Of a DNA stretch of 64,000 nt, positions 1 to 10,476 are shown one piece after another. Both the position numbers and the translations under genes were made by a program. Source of the DNA: Guillardia theta CCMP2712 (lineage: Eukaryota; Protista; Cryptophyta); contig NW_005434670.1 in the NCBI RefSeq assembly GCF_000315625.1, positions 744,016 through 808,015 on the forward strand. The letters are read 5' to 3'. The notes under the pieces are model-generated. The model was not told the origin of the DNA, did not search any database, and saw only the letters and a program-made list of their open reading frames with translations. Within the stretch, counting starts at the first letter, position 1; each line of letters begins with the position of its first letter.

Positions 1-783
1 GATGTTGATGATGATGATGGTCTGGTCATGGTTAGCATTGTCTCTGACAGAGATGCTTGTGTTGACGACAACAACAACTCGCCTCTGTATCTTGACGTCC
101 ACGTTTGGAAGGCACGCGGCTGAGATCGACACAGCCTTCACCTGCTCGTACTCCTCTGGGCTCTCCTCCTCTCCCATACCGATCACGCCGGGGCTCAGGC
201 ACCCGATGACGTGCTTGGCGCCGAGCCTCGTCCTCAACAGCTCGGTCACCTTCATCAGGTCCTCCTGCCTGGCCGGCTCTTGCGATCCTCTCATCTCGAA
301 GAACCTGTCGGAGATGTAGCACATGACAAGGTCGATGCTTGTCCCTTCCCCGAGGTTCTCTCTGCACTTGTCCGCTGCCTCCTCTACTGTCTCTATCAAG
401 CCTCCGAAGCCTAGAGAGACCGCTGACGTCCACCTCATCGCGCCATTGGAGCTGCTGTCCTCTGACGACATACTCATCGAAGAAACAAGGTTCTTCTGCT
501 GTCCTCTCCAGTAATCAGCCGATCTTGCAGCGCGAGGAGATCGCACGCCGAACATCCTCGTCTGTGCTCTCGGAACGTCAGAAACCCTTGGAGGCAGCGC
601 GAGCGGCGCTGTAAAGCCGAGCTTGTTCCCACGACACCACCGAGGAGCGGAACTGCGGCTGATCCCGGCCTGAAACATCCGCGAGCATGAAGTATCATCG
701 GCATGCAGGGAAGAAGCATCAGTGATCGCGATGGTAAGGGACGACGCGAGCAGCAGCAGCCTCTTCATCTGCATCCTCCCCAT
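1..783 (-). CDS. FIST-domain (FIST_N) sensory protein with N-terminal signal peptide plus transit-like region; 3' partial
   Basis: Absent from the ORF track because the frame runs off the window. Manual translation from ATG 783: MGRMQMKRLLLLASSLTIAITDA, a Ser/Arg-rich stretch, then MRWTSAVSLG...VEEAADKCRENL...IDLVMCYISDRF...LGAKHVIGCLSPGVIG...EEYEQVKAVSISAACLPNVDV, matching the FIST_N pattern (W.SA.S / DL...F.S / IGC..GGVIG / E.E...ALS...A.LP.V). Confidence 0.8.
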   Translation of the reverse strand, partial: MGRMQMKRLLLLASSLTIAITDASSLHADDTSCSRMFQAGISRSSAPRWCRGNKLGFTAPLALPPRVSDVPRAQTRMFGVRSPRAARSADYWRGQQKNLVSSMSMSSEDSSSNGAMRWTSAVSLGFGGLIETVEEAADKCRENLGEGTSIDLVMCYISDRFFEMRGSQEPARQEDLMKVTELLRTRLGAKHVIGCLSPGVIGMGEEESPEEYEQVKAVSISAACLPNVDVKIQRRVVVVVNTSISVRDNANHDQTIIIINI

Positions 784-1188
784 CGTCGACCTCCTTCCCT
801 GTGCCGTACCCATCCTTTGTGCCCACTGGAGCAGTGACTACCCACCCTACTGACTCGAAGACTTGATCCCTGGTTTGATTGCAGTGTACCCCTACCTTCT
901 AGTGATAAAATATGATGTAAGTACCGGTCTTTTGTCCACCCCAGTGCCTGCTCCAGCATCCACCAAGTCTTAAAGGCAAAGTAAAGTATTCGAAGTTTTT
1001 ATATTTTAGTACCAATAAACTTAATTTTTCAAATCAAATTATACAAATGATGTGTTCTTGTGGCCAAATTAATGAACATTTCAGTTTGTTTTCCTTAAGC
1101 ACTTTTCGCTATGGCTTGTCGGTTTATGCGACCGGGGCGGCGGGGATGGCGGGGAGAGAGCGAGGGGAGCGGCGAGCTGTAAGGCAGG

Positions 1189-4100
1189 ATGGGGTTCTCC
1201 AGGGGAGGCCTCATCGCGGCAGTTCAGAAGAGGAGGAGGAGGCAGTCCCAGGATGAGAGCTCGATCCGGAAGGAGCTCGACAGACTGCGGGAGCCTCATC
1301 GGATCTGTCAAGATCGCCTGGATGCGATCGACGATATCCTCGAGGACGTCGGCACCAAGACCTACTTCGGTCCATCTTACACTGACCCAGCGCAGAGCAG
1401 AGAGGCTACGGTGGACGGCCTGCTGGAGAAGGTGGAGGAGAGGATTGAGAGGTCCACCGCTTACCGCAAGCTCTTTGGGACCACCGTCTTCTTCATCTCG
1501 TTCGTGTGGATGCTGTTCCTGCAACGGAACATCACGGCGCAGTACGAGATCGAGCGGTCGATCCTCAACGGCCTGATAGAGAGCCTCCCGACGACAGGGA
1601 GCGGAGGGTACACTAACTCCAACACCGGGGCGGTCGGAGTTTTGCAGGGCTCGAGCGACTTCTACTCGTGGTTCTCGACCTCGGTCATCCAGAAGATCTT
1701 CAGCGATCCCGTCTGTGGCGACGGGATCTGCGACGCTCCCGACGAGTACGCGGGGTTCGGGCGGTTCGGTTGCTCGGAAGACTGCGGGCTCTACCTGAAT
1801 GTGACCACCGTCCAGATCGACCTACAGGACGTGATCCAGGCGAGCGGGTCGGCGATAGGGTGGGACTTTACCACGATCCCGATGATATCGAACGCAAACC
1901 AGGGGCAGTTCAAATTCAATGTTTACAGCGAGGGGATGCAGGACTTCTTGTTCGAGGTGGATCAGAATGGCACCAGCGTCTCTACTCCCGTCCCCGACGG
2001 CAAGTACACGCTAGTGCTGTATCAGACACAGCGAACAAGCTCACTGGTAGACAAGCAAAGCATAGCAAAGCTTGGACTCGTGCCAAGGTAGGACACTTTA
2101 TATGGCGATGCGTATGATGTGATACACTCCCTGTTGTGTTTGATTGGAAAAGTCTTGGATGAGATCGCTTTTTTGTATGGAAAGATTGAACGAATCCCTG
2201 CAGCACCATACCGCAAGAGAACTCCTTCAACGATTTTGCCTATGGGGTCTCTATGGAGACACTGACATGGAGCATGTTGATCCTGAATGGGATCACCAAT
2301 TACTGCTTCTCGACTTCAGCATACTACACGGACCCTCACTGTGCAAGCTTGTACATACCAGGTGCTGGTTTGCTGACGACTAAAGACTCAATCTGAGGAT
2401 ACTGACCTGGTCTGACAGACGTGACGCTGAGGCTGATCAGTTCCTATGGCCTGAGTGGGACCGTATCCATCGTGAACAGCGGCACCGCTTTGGTGGAGCA
2501 GGCGGTCAAGGTCAGTGTCCTCGATCCGCAGTCGTTGACTTTGACTTGACCTTTCTTGCGTCGCCTGGCAGGTTCAGTTTTGCAGCGCCCTCCCCAACCA
2601 GACGGGAGGGACCTACTCCTCGGAGAACATGCAGTTCCTGCAAGAGTGCAAGATGACTTGCCCCACGGCCTCGTCCCGGCGACGTTCGGGGAGTGACAGT
2701 CGCCGACATCCCTCGAACGCCCCTGATGGCTCGCTCGCTGATCTGCCGTATGGGAGCGAGTCGGGGACGGGGTGGGACCATCGGTCACCTCCGCTTTCTC
2801 CTCACAGCCTGAGGAAGAGTGCTGGACTTCCCCTGGACCTCCGGGATGCTCATCCAACGTCCACGCACTCCTCGGCTCGTTCCTTGAAGAGGAACTCGAA
2901 GTCCATGGCAAGAGAGGGAGGAGGCCACGCGGGTACGAGGCAGAAGTCATCTCCGCCCGCATCGAACACGATCCATCAGAGCTCAGGTTTCATCTTCAGC
3001 TCCTCCCTCTCAAACGACTCGGCATGGTGGGTTGTCGACACGGGTCTGGAGAACATATCCTTCTCTGTACAGTCGTCTCTCCCCTCCGCCAGCGGCTACC
3101 TGCTCCGCTACGGTATCGTCACTTTCTCCGCCTGCTCATGCGTCTCCGTCAAGTATTGCCTCAGTTTCCCTTGCGTCCCTCAGATCCAAGTCTCCGGGCA
3201 GTCTCTGGATGCCACGTGGGCGGTCAAGGGAGCCATTGCAAGGCTGCAGCTGAACTTCGCTGAGGGGTCCAACAATGTTTGCATCACATGGGGAGGAGGG
3301 AAGTGTCCTCCCCGCCCTGCGATGCCTCGCTGGCTCAAGTCCGAGCCCCCAGCCACGACCGACTGCTCAGCGATGATCGCCTCCTATCTCATCTCATTGA
3401 CAACTGAAACTCCAGGGGCAACGTGGACTTACGCCATCGCAAATTGTGTGGGAGGAATCTGTGACACAGAGCCGAGCTGCTCACCAGGGAAGTTGCTGGC
3501 AAACGGGACACAGGATCTTGCGTACAACCGGCGGGCGAGCAAGTACGGTTCTTCGTCCTACATTGTCGCCGCCTCCTGCCTGAACAACGTCACAAGTGAC
3601 TTCCTCTTCGTTCCCGTCTGCATCTTCCCTGCTCCGGTCCTCTCCGTCTGGCTCAACGTTTCAACGCCTATCTCTGCGATGATTCTTGTCCGCGACTTGG
3701 TCATAAGGGGGCTGGGGTATGTGATAGGGGGGCATGAGTACCTGATGCAACTAGAGCTCTTGTCTGCCATCCCCGTCAATGAAACGATGTTGGTTAGCTC
3801 CAAGGTCTCGATGGTCTGCTCGAGCAACACGCAGGCGGTCAGCTTCAGGGACAGCATCGTACAGAAGATCGGGGAGGCGGACGCATACATCAAGAAGGAC
3901 ATCTCTCCCCAGAGCTCCGTCAGGATGGCATACTACAAGATAGACTCAACGTTGCAGTTTGCAGGGCAGAATCAAGTCTGCCACACCCACTACGACTGCT
4001 ACGACGACTTCTTCTGTAGCAAGGTGGTTGGAATGCAGGCAGGGGGTGTGTGCGACCGGTGCAACTTCTGTATCGTCGACAAGTTGAACTCCTACAACGG

Positions 4101-7038
4101 GATCTGCCCCATAGACAAGTGCCCAGGGTCAGGCGGATACCCTGAGTGTATCAATGCCACAACCTTCCTGGGGAGGATAACTGACAAGTGCTCTGACAGC
4201 TACGACTTCGAGGTCTGGAAGTTCGGGGCCCAGGGCAAATCTCCCACCATCATCCCCGCCTTCACCCCAAAGCTCCGAGAGGTCACGCCCTACAACCGCA
4301 TGGTGGGGGCAGTCGTTGTCTCGCAGAGGAGGAGGAAGAAGCAGACGTGCATACCCAACTTGATCCGCAACGACATCAAGAGATACACTGAGTCTGTCGC
4401 CGCCGGAGTCTCCTGCCCCTCCACTCAAGGCTATGATGGGACCCCCTACGGCTACGACCCGACCTTCATGCCCTTCAGCGGAATCTATAACGGGAAGCTC
4501 CGGCCCGAGGAGTTCTACGCTCCCTCTGAGCGCTACACCCTCGTCGACGCTAACGGGCACTCGTCCCTGTCCTACCCCAAGGGCTTCTTCCCCCACCAGT
4601 ACAACCAGAACCGGCTCGACCTCAACATGGACGGGATGCTTTCTCCTAGCGAATTGCAGGCAGACAAGTTGACGCCTGTCAGCAAGAACAATTCACAGAT
4701 CGTCTCCTCCAGTGTGAACACGTTCAAGCTCTACTTCGACGAGCGGCTCACGCAGAAGCAGGCGGACGCGATGGTTCAGTTCGCGAAGGACGGCAAGTTC
4801 ATCGACTCGCAGACGTCGGACGTGACGGTTGAGTTGGTCACCTTCAATGCGGTCCATGGGCTGTTCGCATACGTTCAGATCTTCTTCACGTGGGACTCGT
4901 CGGGGAACATCGGCTGGAATTACCAGCTCGACACCTTCGACATTGACGGAATCTTGTATCCAAACGCCTTCACCATCTTTCTCATGATCTTTGTTCTCCT
5001 CTGCCTTTGCCTCAACTGCTTCATGGAGATCCAGGACGTCTTGACGCAGGCAAGAAAGTTTTCGCTCAAGGAGTACATCCTTGACCCCTTCAACTGGATC
5101 GACTGGCTGCACTTCACCTTCATGTGGGGGTCCATCATCACCTGGGCATTTCTATTTAACGTGGCGAGCCGCTTCTCTATCAACGAGTACTACCCCATCC
5201 TCTTCTACGGGCCCAAGTACTCCAACTCCACCAGGAGACAGAGTTTCTTCGAGGCCCCCGTCGCTGCTAACAAGCCGGCTCAGGCCCGGTTCTTCCGCAC
5301 GCTCAACCAGCCCGAGTACGACTTCCTGGTTTTCATCAATGAGATGCAGGAGCTGGCGTCAGCCGTCAGGATCTACTCGGGGTTTGCTGGAGTCAGCGTC
5401 GTCCTCTTCATCTTCCGCCTGCTCAAGTCCCTGCACTTCCAGGAGAGGATGGGGATGGTGACCCGCACGATACACCTCGCGGCAGTCGACCTCTTCCACT
5501 TTGTTCTCCTCTTCATCATCGTGCTCATCGGCTACGCCATTGTCGGCTACTTCCTCTTCGGGCAAGAGTACGAGGTGAGTGAGTTCTGGTTGCATGTTTG
5601 AGCTCTGATGGGCCGATGCAGGGAATGAAAGACTTCAGCTCCTCCGCTAAGACCCTCGCCATCTTCCTCGTCAGCATCGACACCACTCAGTTCTACGCGT
5701 CGGTGAGGACAGAGCTCGTTGAGCGCGAGCTGACGTGTGAGGGCCTGACGTTGATGATCAGATGCAGCACGCGGGAGGAGATGTCTCTCTGCAGATCTTC
5801 CTGTGGTCCTACCTCTTCATCGCCTACTTCATCCTCGTCAACATCTTCTTGGCCATTCTGGTAGACGCATACGCCACTGTCAAGGAGGGGACGGACAACG
5901 CGTCCGGTCTCCTCACCGAACTATCTTCTATCATCTTCCATGGCATCAAGCGTCAGCTGCCTCTTGGCGCACGTTTCATCTCCGACCAGAGATTCAAGTC
6001 GCTCCTCGCCAAGGCCAAGAACCGAGTGGATTCGAAGAATCAGATCAAGCAGAATGTCAACAAACTGATGAGCAACCGGAAGGCCATCCTGGTCCCCGGG
6101 AACCTTCAGATCGACAAGCACACGCTGCAGCGCATCTTGCGGAATAACTCCGGTTCTGTGCATCCGGAAGACAACTATCTCAGCTTCCAGGGCTTCGACG
6201 ACGAGGCCATCTTCGAGCTGATCGAGAGGTACGGCACTGACATCTCAACCTTCCAAGAGCAGAAGAACAGAGACCTCAAGGAGTTCATCTCCCTAGAGAA
6301 CATGCGGTGAGCGGCGCCGCTCTCCCCATCCACAGCTCTGACTCTCTCGTCGGCAGGAGGCTAGTCGCCATGAACCTCGTGCAGAACGAAATCCACGAGG
6401 ATCAGAAGGAAATTCTCCAGTACCTTAGGGACCTGGCCAAGACTAAGGTCGTCAGCGAGGCCGAAGGGGGACGTGCCGCAGCCCGGAGGGAATCGGAGTC
6501 TCAGGTGGCGATCGGCTCCCTCTCGCTCACCATTCTTAGCGCCTCCAACTTGCCCAAGATGGACGTGATTAGGAAGAGCGACCCCTACTGCGTCGCCTAC
6601 GTGGACGGGGAGGTGCGGCAGGAAATCTTCATGACCGAGACCGTCTCCTCGTGCCTGGACCCTACTTGGAACGCCAACTTCAAGTGGGCCCTGTACCCAG
6701 ATGTGACATGCGTCACCATCGCTGTGTGGGATCGAGACAACGTGAGCAGGAGGAAGAGGAAGGGGACAAGGAGAAGGAGAGTGGGGGGGAGGAGGGGGGA
6801 GAGAGGCTTCTTGCGCTGAGATACGTTGGGTTCGCAGGTGACAGCAGACGATCTGATTGGAACAGCTTTCATCGACATCCTTGACTTGGCCCCTGATGAG
6901 ACCAGCCGGGAGCTGGAGCTCTCATTGGAGAACCCACGTCTGAGGAGAAGGCTGATCAAGTCCAGGATCTTAGTGAGGATAGATGTGGTCAGCGACAAGC
7001 CGGGGAGGGAGAACCCGTCAGAAGAAATGGGTGATTGA
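1189..7038 (+). CDS. PKD2: Polycystin-2 (TRPP)-like cation channel with very large Cys-rich S1-S2 loop and C-terminal C2 domain; multi-exon
   Basis: S1 helix (LFGTTVFFISFVWMLFLQ); polycystin-domain end (FIDSQTSDVTVELVTFNAVHGLFAYVQIFF); S2-S6 (YILDPFNWIDWL, FRLLKSLHFQERMGMVTRTI, DLFHFVLLFIIVLIGYAIVGYFLFG, YFILVNIFLAILVDAY); C2 domain (ILSASNLPKMDVIRKSDPY...VWDRDN|VTADDLIG). GT-AG introns near 2088, 2361, 2511, 5574, 5703, 6307 and 6742 join the ORF pieces. Confidence 0.85.
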
Positions 7039-7320
7039 AGGATGGCGGTCACTGGGCCCTAAGTTCACTCCTCAGAACAATGCTGTTATCGCGCTCCGTG
7101 ATCATTCATCCATCATTATATCTCAGTCCTCTCAAGTCAGCAATCGAAGCAAAAATTTATTATGGAACCATTGAGCGAGGGAAAACATTCACGAGATGAG
7201 GAGGAGAGTTACAAGATCGTGTCTCAGTCGGAGTTCACGATTGAATGGATAGAGGCCTTCTCGTTGCAAGGGCCTGCCTGCGCTGCGATGCAAGAAGTCA
7301 GAGGCTGGTCGAAAAACCGC

Positions 7321-8532
7321 TCATTCCTTACATCTGCCAATGAATCCTTGCTGCAGCCTGTTCCTGTTCTTCAACATGAGATCTCTATCATACACATACC
7401 TGCACTCGACCAACTCAGTCAAACAGAGCATTCCGGCAACCGCGAATTACCGGTAGGAGTACAGGAAATCTCTCTTGCCAGGGTCCCCTCCCCGCGGCCC
7501 TCGAGTCCCTTTCATGGGCTGCAATGAGCAGTGGATCAATCAACAAGAACGACTGAAGAAAGGCCATTACCCTAACTCCGATCTGCCTGAACAACTCATA
7601 CACCGGTCCTGTAGGCTCCTTGATGCATTTCTTGCCGTTTACCAGCCAGCATTTTTGCGCATCGTCGCAAACCATCTTTCTTATTTCCTGATTGAACGTG
7701 CTAAGATCATGCACTAGCATCTCTCTGAACCCCAGTATACAATTTTCAGTGTCCCTGGAAGAGCGATCAAATCTCAGGACGCGTGTGCTTTCTAGTTTGA
7801 GCAGGACCAGCATCAATTCTTTGATGCGATTGCGAGCATTCGGTTTCATCTTCACCCCTAGACGCTGATTCCCCAAGGTCTCGAGCAAATGATCAAAATC
7901 TTCTGCTTCATGCCCGGGAGCTACACTCGCAGCGCTTTCACTTGCAGTCTGCACTGAGCTTTGCTCCAATTTTTCGCTGGTGGCAACACCTGCAGGTCTG
8001 AAATGGGCAGTAAGTTGTGGGTTTCCTAAGATCGATCCCAGAGCTAGCCCATTCAGAACTTGCTGATCCACAGTCAAGGATGTCAGAAAGGGATTCAACC
8101 CCATGTTAGGCGCTAGGCTGATGTTCAAAGCCACAGGGATCTGAACCGTGGCTGTGCTGGGCAGACCTGTCCCCGCTTGAAATGGAAAATTGAGAAGAGG
8201 AGAAAACTCGAGACGTGTAGATTTAGCTGGTTGCATCGCGATGGAATGCTTCTCGATTTGTTTAGCAGCATGGATCGATGAAAACGCAGAATTATCAGAG
8301 TGTTGAAAACTGGTTGCTGCGTTCAGATCCATCGTTGACCCTGAACGCACCTCCCAGTAAGAGCAACGTTGCTGCAAAAACGAATAGTTTCAGCAATGGA
8401 CATGGAGTGAGTGTCAGGCAGATTTTGGAAATGAATATAAGATAAACCTTTGTCCAGAGAATACTTAGATATGAGTGTGATAAACTAGACATAAGAGACG
8501 ACTACCTCTTCCCATCTCCCCGCATTCATCAT
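7321..8532 (-). CDS. Hypothetical protein; low-complexity N-half and a C-terminal basic globular domain, possibly a divergent winged-helix DNA-binding domain
   Basis: Exon MMNAGRWEE (8532-8506) splices in frame at 8371 into the 320-aa ORF; two further GT-AG introns give ...YELFRQIGVR|PMKGTRGPRGGDPGKRDFLYSYR|YVYDRDLMLKNRNRLQQGFIGRCKE* (stop 7323-7321). Confidence 0.6.
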
Positions 8533-8849
8533 GGATCTGAAGCACTTCATACAATAAACCACCCTGCAATCCAACTGTTTCCTCTATCAATGTTGAATTT
8601 CATACCAAAATCATGGTTATTCACTTCCCATCCATCTGACAATCCTCTAGCGCTCATGGCCCAAGATGCTCACAGGAGATCATACCGCATGGCGTAACAC
8701 ACTTAGATCTGATCGCAAGAAAAGAAGCTGCTATCCATCAGAGATGTCACAGATGTGCTCACTGCTTCTGTCACATTGGATCCTCGGCCTCTGCTGTCTC
8801 CTCTTTCTTACATGCCTCCATTCTCTCCTACTCACTCTGCCTATCACCA

Positions 8850-10445
8850 TCTCCACCTTTGCCAGCAGGGAGCTACCCTACCCCCTACGTCAGACACCCC
8901 CTGTAATTATCCTGGTGCTGGTACTGATTTCACTACAACCCACCCCTCCTTTTAGGCTCACCCAGCTGTGACCGAGGGTCCACCCGATACTACTAAAAAA
9001 TCCTTTGTTTGAGACACCCTACCAACCACGGTACCCCCGTGTCCCTGAAGTCACTTATGTACCCCTACCCCCTGGATTAATTTCGTGCCGCCGTTCTTCT
9101 GCTGTTCGCCGTCGGAGCCGGGCGTCTATCCCACGTTTTCCATTTTTGAAATTAGGTCGTCAAAGATTCCTCTCCAAAATTCAAAAATTAACAGAAATCT
9201 TACTTAGTTTCATTCGGGCAGTCGAGGACTGAGCTCGAGCTTCCTTGGGTCTCCAAGCTACGGTAAAAATGAATATCAAATTACATTTGCTATTTGGTGA
9301 AATATATTTTAAAAATTTAAAAATGACTTGCTGCACCAGAGCGCTGATCATTTCTGCACCCCTACTACCCATGCTGAGATTTTAGAGGTACCCCCACGGA
9401 GAGAACCCCTTTTTACGTACGAAGACTACCCGTATCTTCACCTTCACCCACCCCACCCTAAAGTCATCATCAACGCCCCAAAAAAGAAATTCGTTTGCGT
9501 CTTAAAATGTGATTTAACATACCCACCCACGAATACCCATCCGAAAACACCAACTGCCCGTGATCATTTCGAATGAACCCCTCCTGATGTCGATTCGCTG
9601 CTGGCAATGTGCCCAATTGGACCCACCCCGTGAGTACACTTTTGACCCCCCACCCCCTTTTTCAAAAACTTCCTTGAGCCCCACAAACTTCGTCCGCGTT
9701 TGGAGATGAATGCAGTTTTAGATTTTTAAAAGAAAAAAAAAGATCGACAAGAAAAAGTACCGATTTATGGCATACCGCAAATGATATTGAGTGATTCTTT
9801 CAGACGACAAGAGTTGCACTCTTGCATCGTTTCGATTGTAGTACTGGAAAAAATCTCCTACCGAGACTCTCCTACAACTCCTTTTAAACACTTCGCATCC
9901 CACGTTTTTAACATGCTGGGCTTGATCACCGGTAGTGTCTCCCATTCATTCACGTTGCATGGGGTAGGGTGTCATGTAAAAAAATTGTTGTCCTCTTTAG
10001 ATTATTACTCATCGTATGCAATAATGAATGTTGCCGCTGATTCCACGTGATCTATCCTTTTCGTGGTGCAGCGTCAAGGTACCCTACCTACCGTACTGGA
10101 ACTAACCACGGTCCAATACTTCACTACCCCTACTTGTGACTTCTTGAGAAGTTTCCTTCCGACCGTCAGGGGGCCGTCAGTTGGGCAAGGCGATCTGTAC
10201 CGATAGAGTTTAACTTAACTTTGAGTAAAAGAGTAGAGGAGTCTACACCTGGCGGGTGCCGCTTCAACTTCGGCCGCGGACGCGGCCGTGACGGGCCGGC
10301 CGGGAGATCTCAGTCTACTGGTATGGTTTGAGTAAACGGTACGGTAGCCTGCTACTTTTCGGGCCCTCAGCCTGGGCCGGGCAGCGCGGCAGGCCCGGCG
10401 GCAGGCCCGGCGGCAGGCCCGGCGGCAGGCCCGGCGGGCCATTAC
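8850..10445. other. Intergenic island 1: ACCC/TAC-rich zone, AT-rich zone, then CCGG/GGCC-rich zone, between divergent genes
   Basis: No credible ORF; dense ACCCC/CTACCC/GTAC words at 8850-9660 and 10080-10200; CCGG/GGCC cluster at 10240-10445. Confidence 0.6.
10387..10434 (+). repeat. Tandem repeat (CGGCAGGCCCGG) x4
   Basis: Four perfect 12-nt copies read directly. Confidence 0.95.
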
Positions 10446-10476
10446 GGCGTGGGGACGAGGGGGCTTTGCTGGGATC

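Noticed and set aside
2088-7038. Stop-codon readthrough or frameshifting between consecutive ORFs
   Set aside because: Every break examined is explained by a short GT-AG or GC-AG intron.
9100-10060. AT-rich stretch as a transposon or viral relic
   Set aside because: No terminal repeats, target-site duplication or recognisable protein motif; frames are interrupted by stops.
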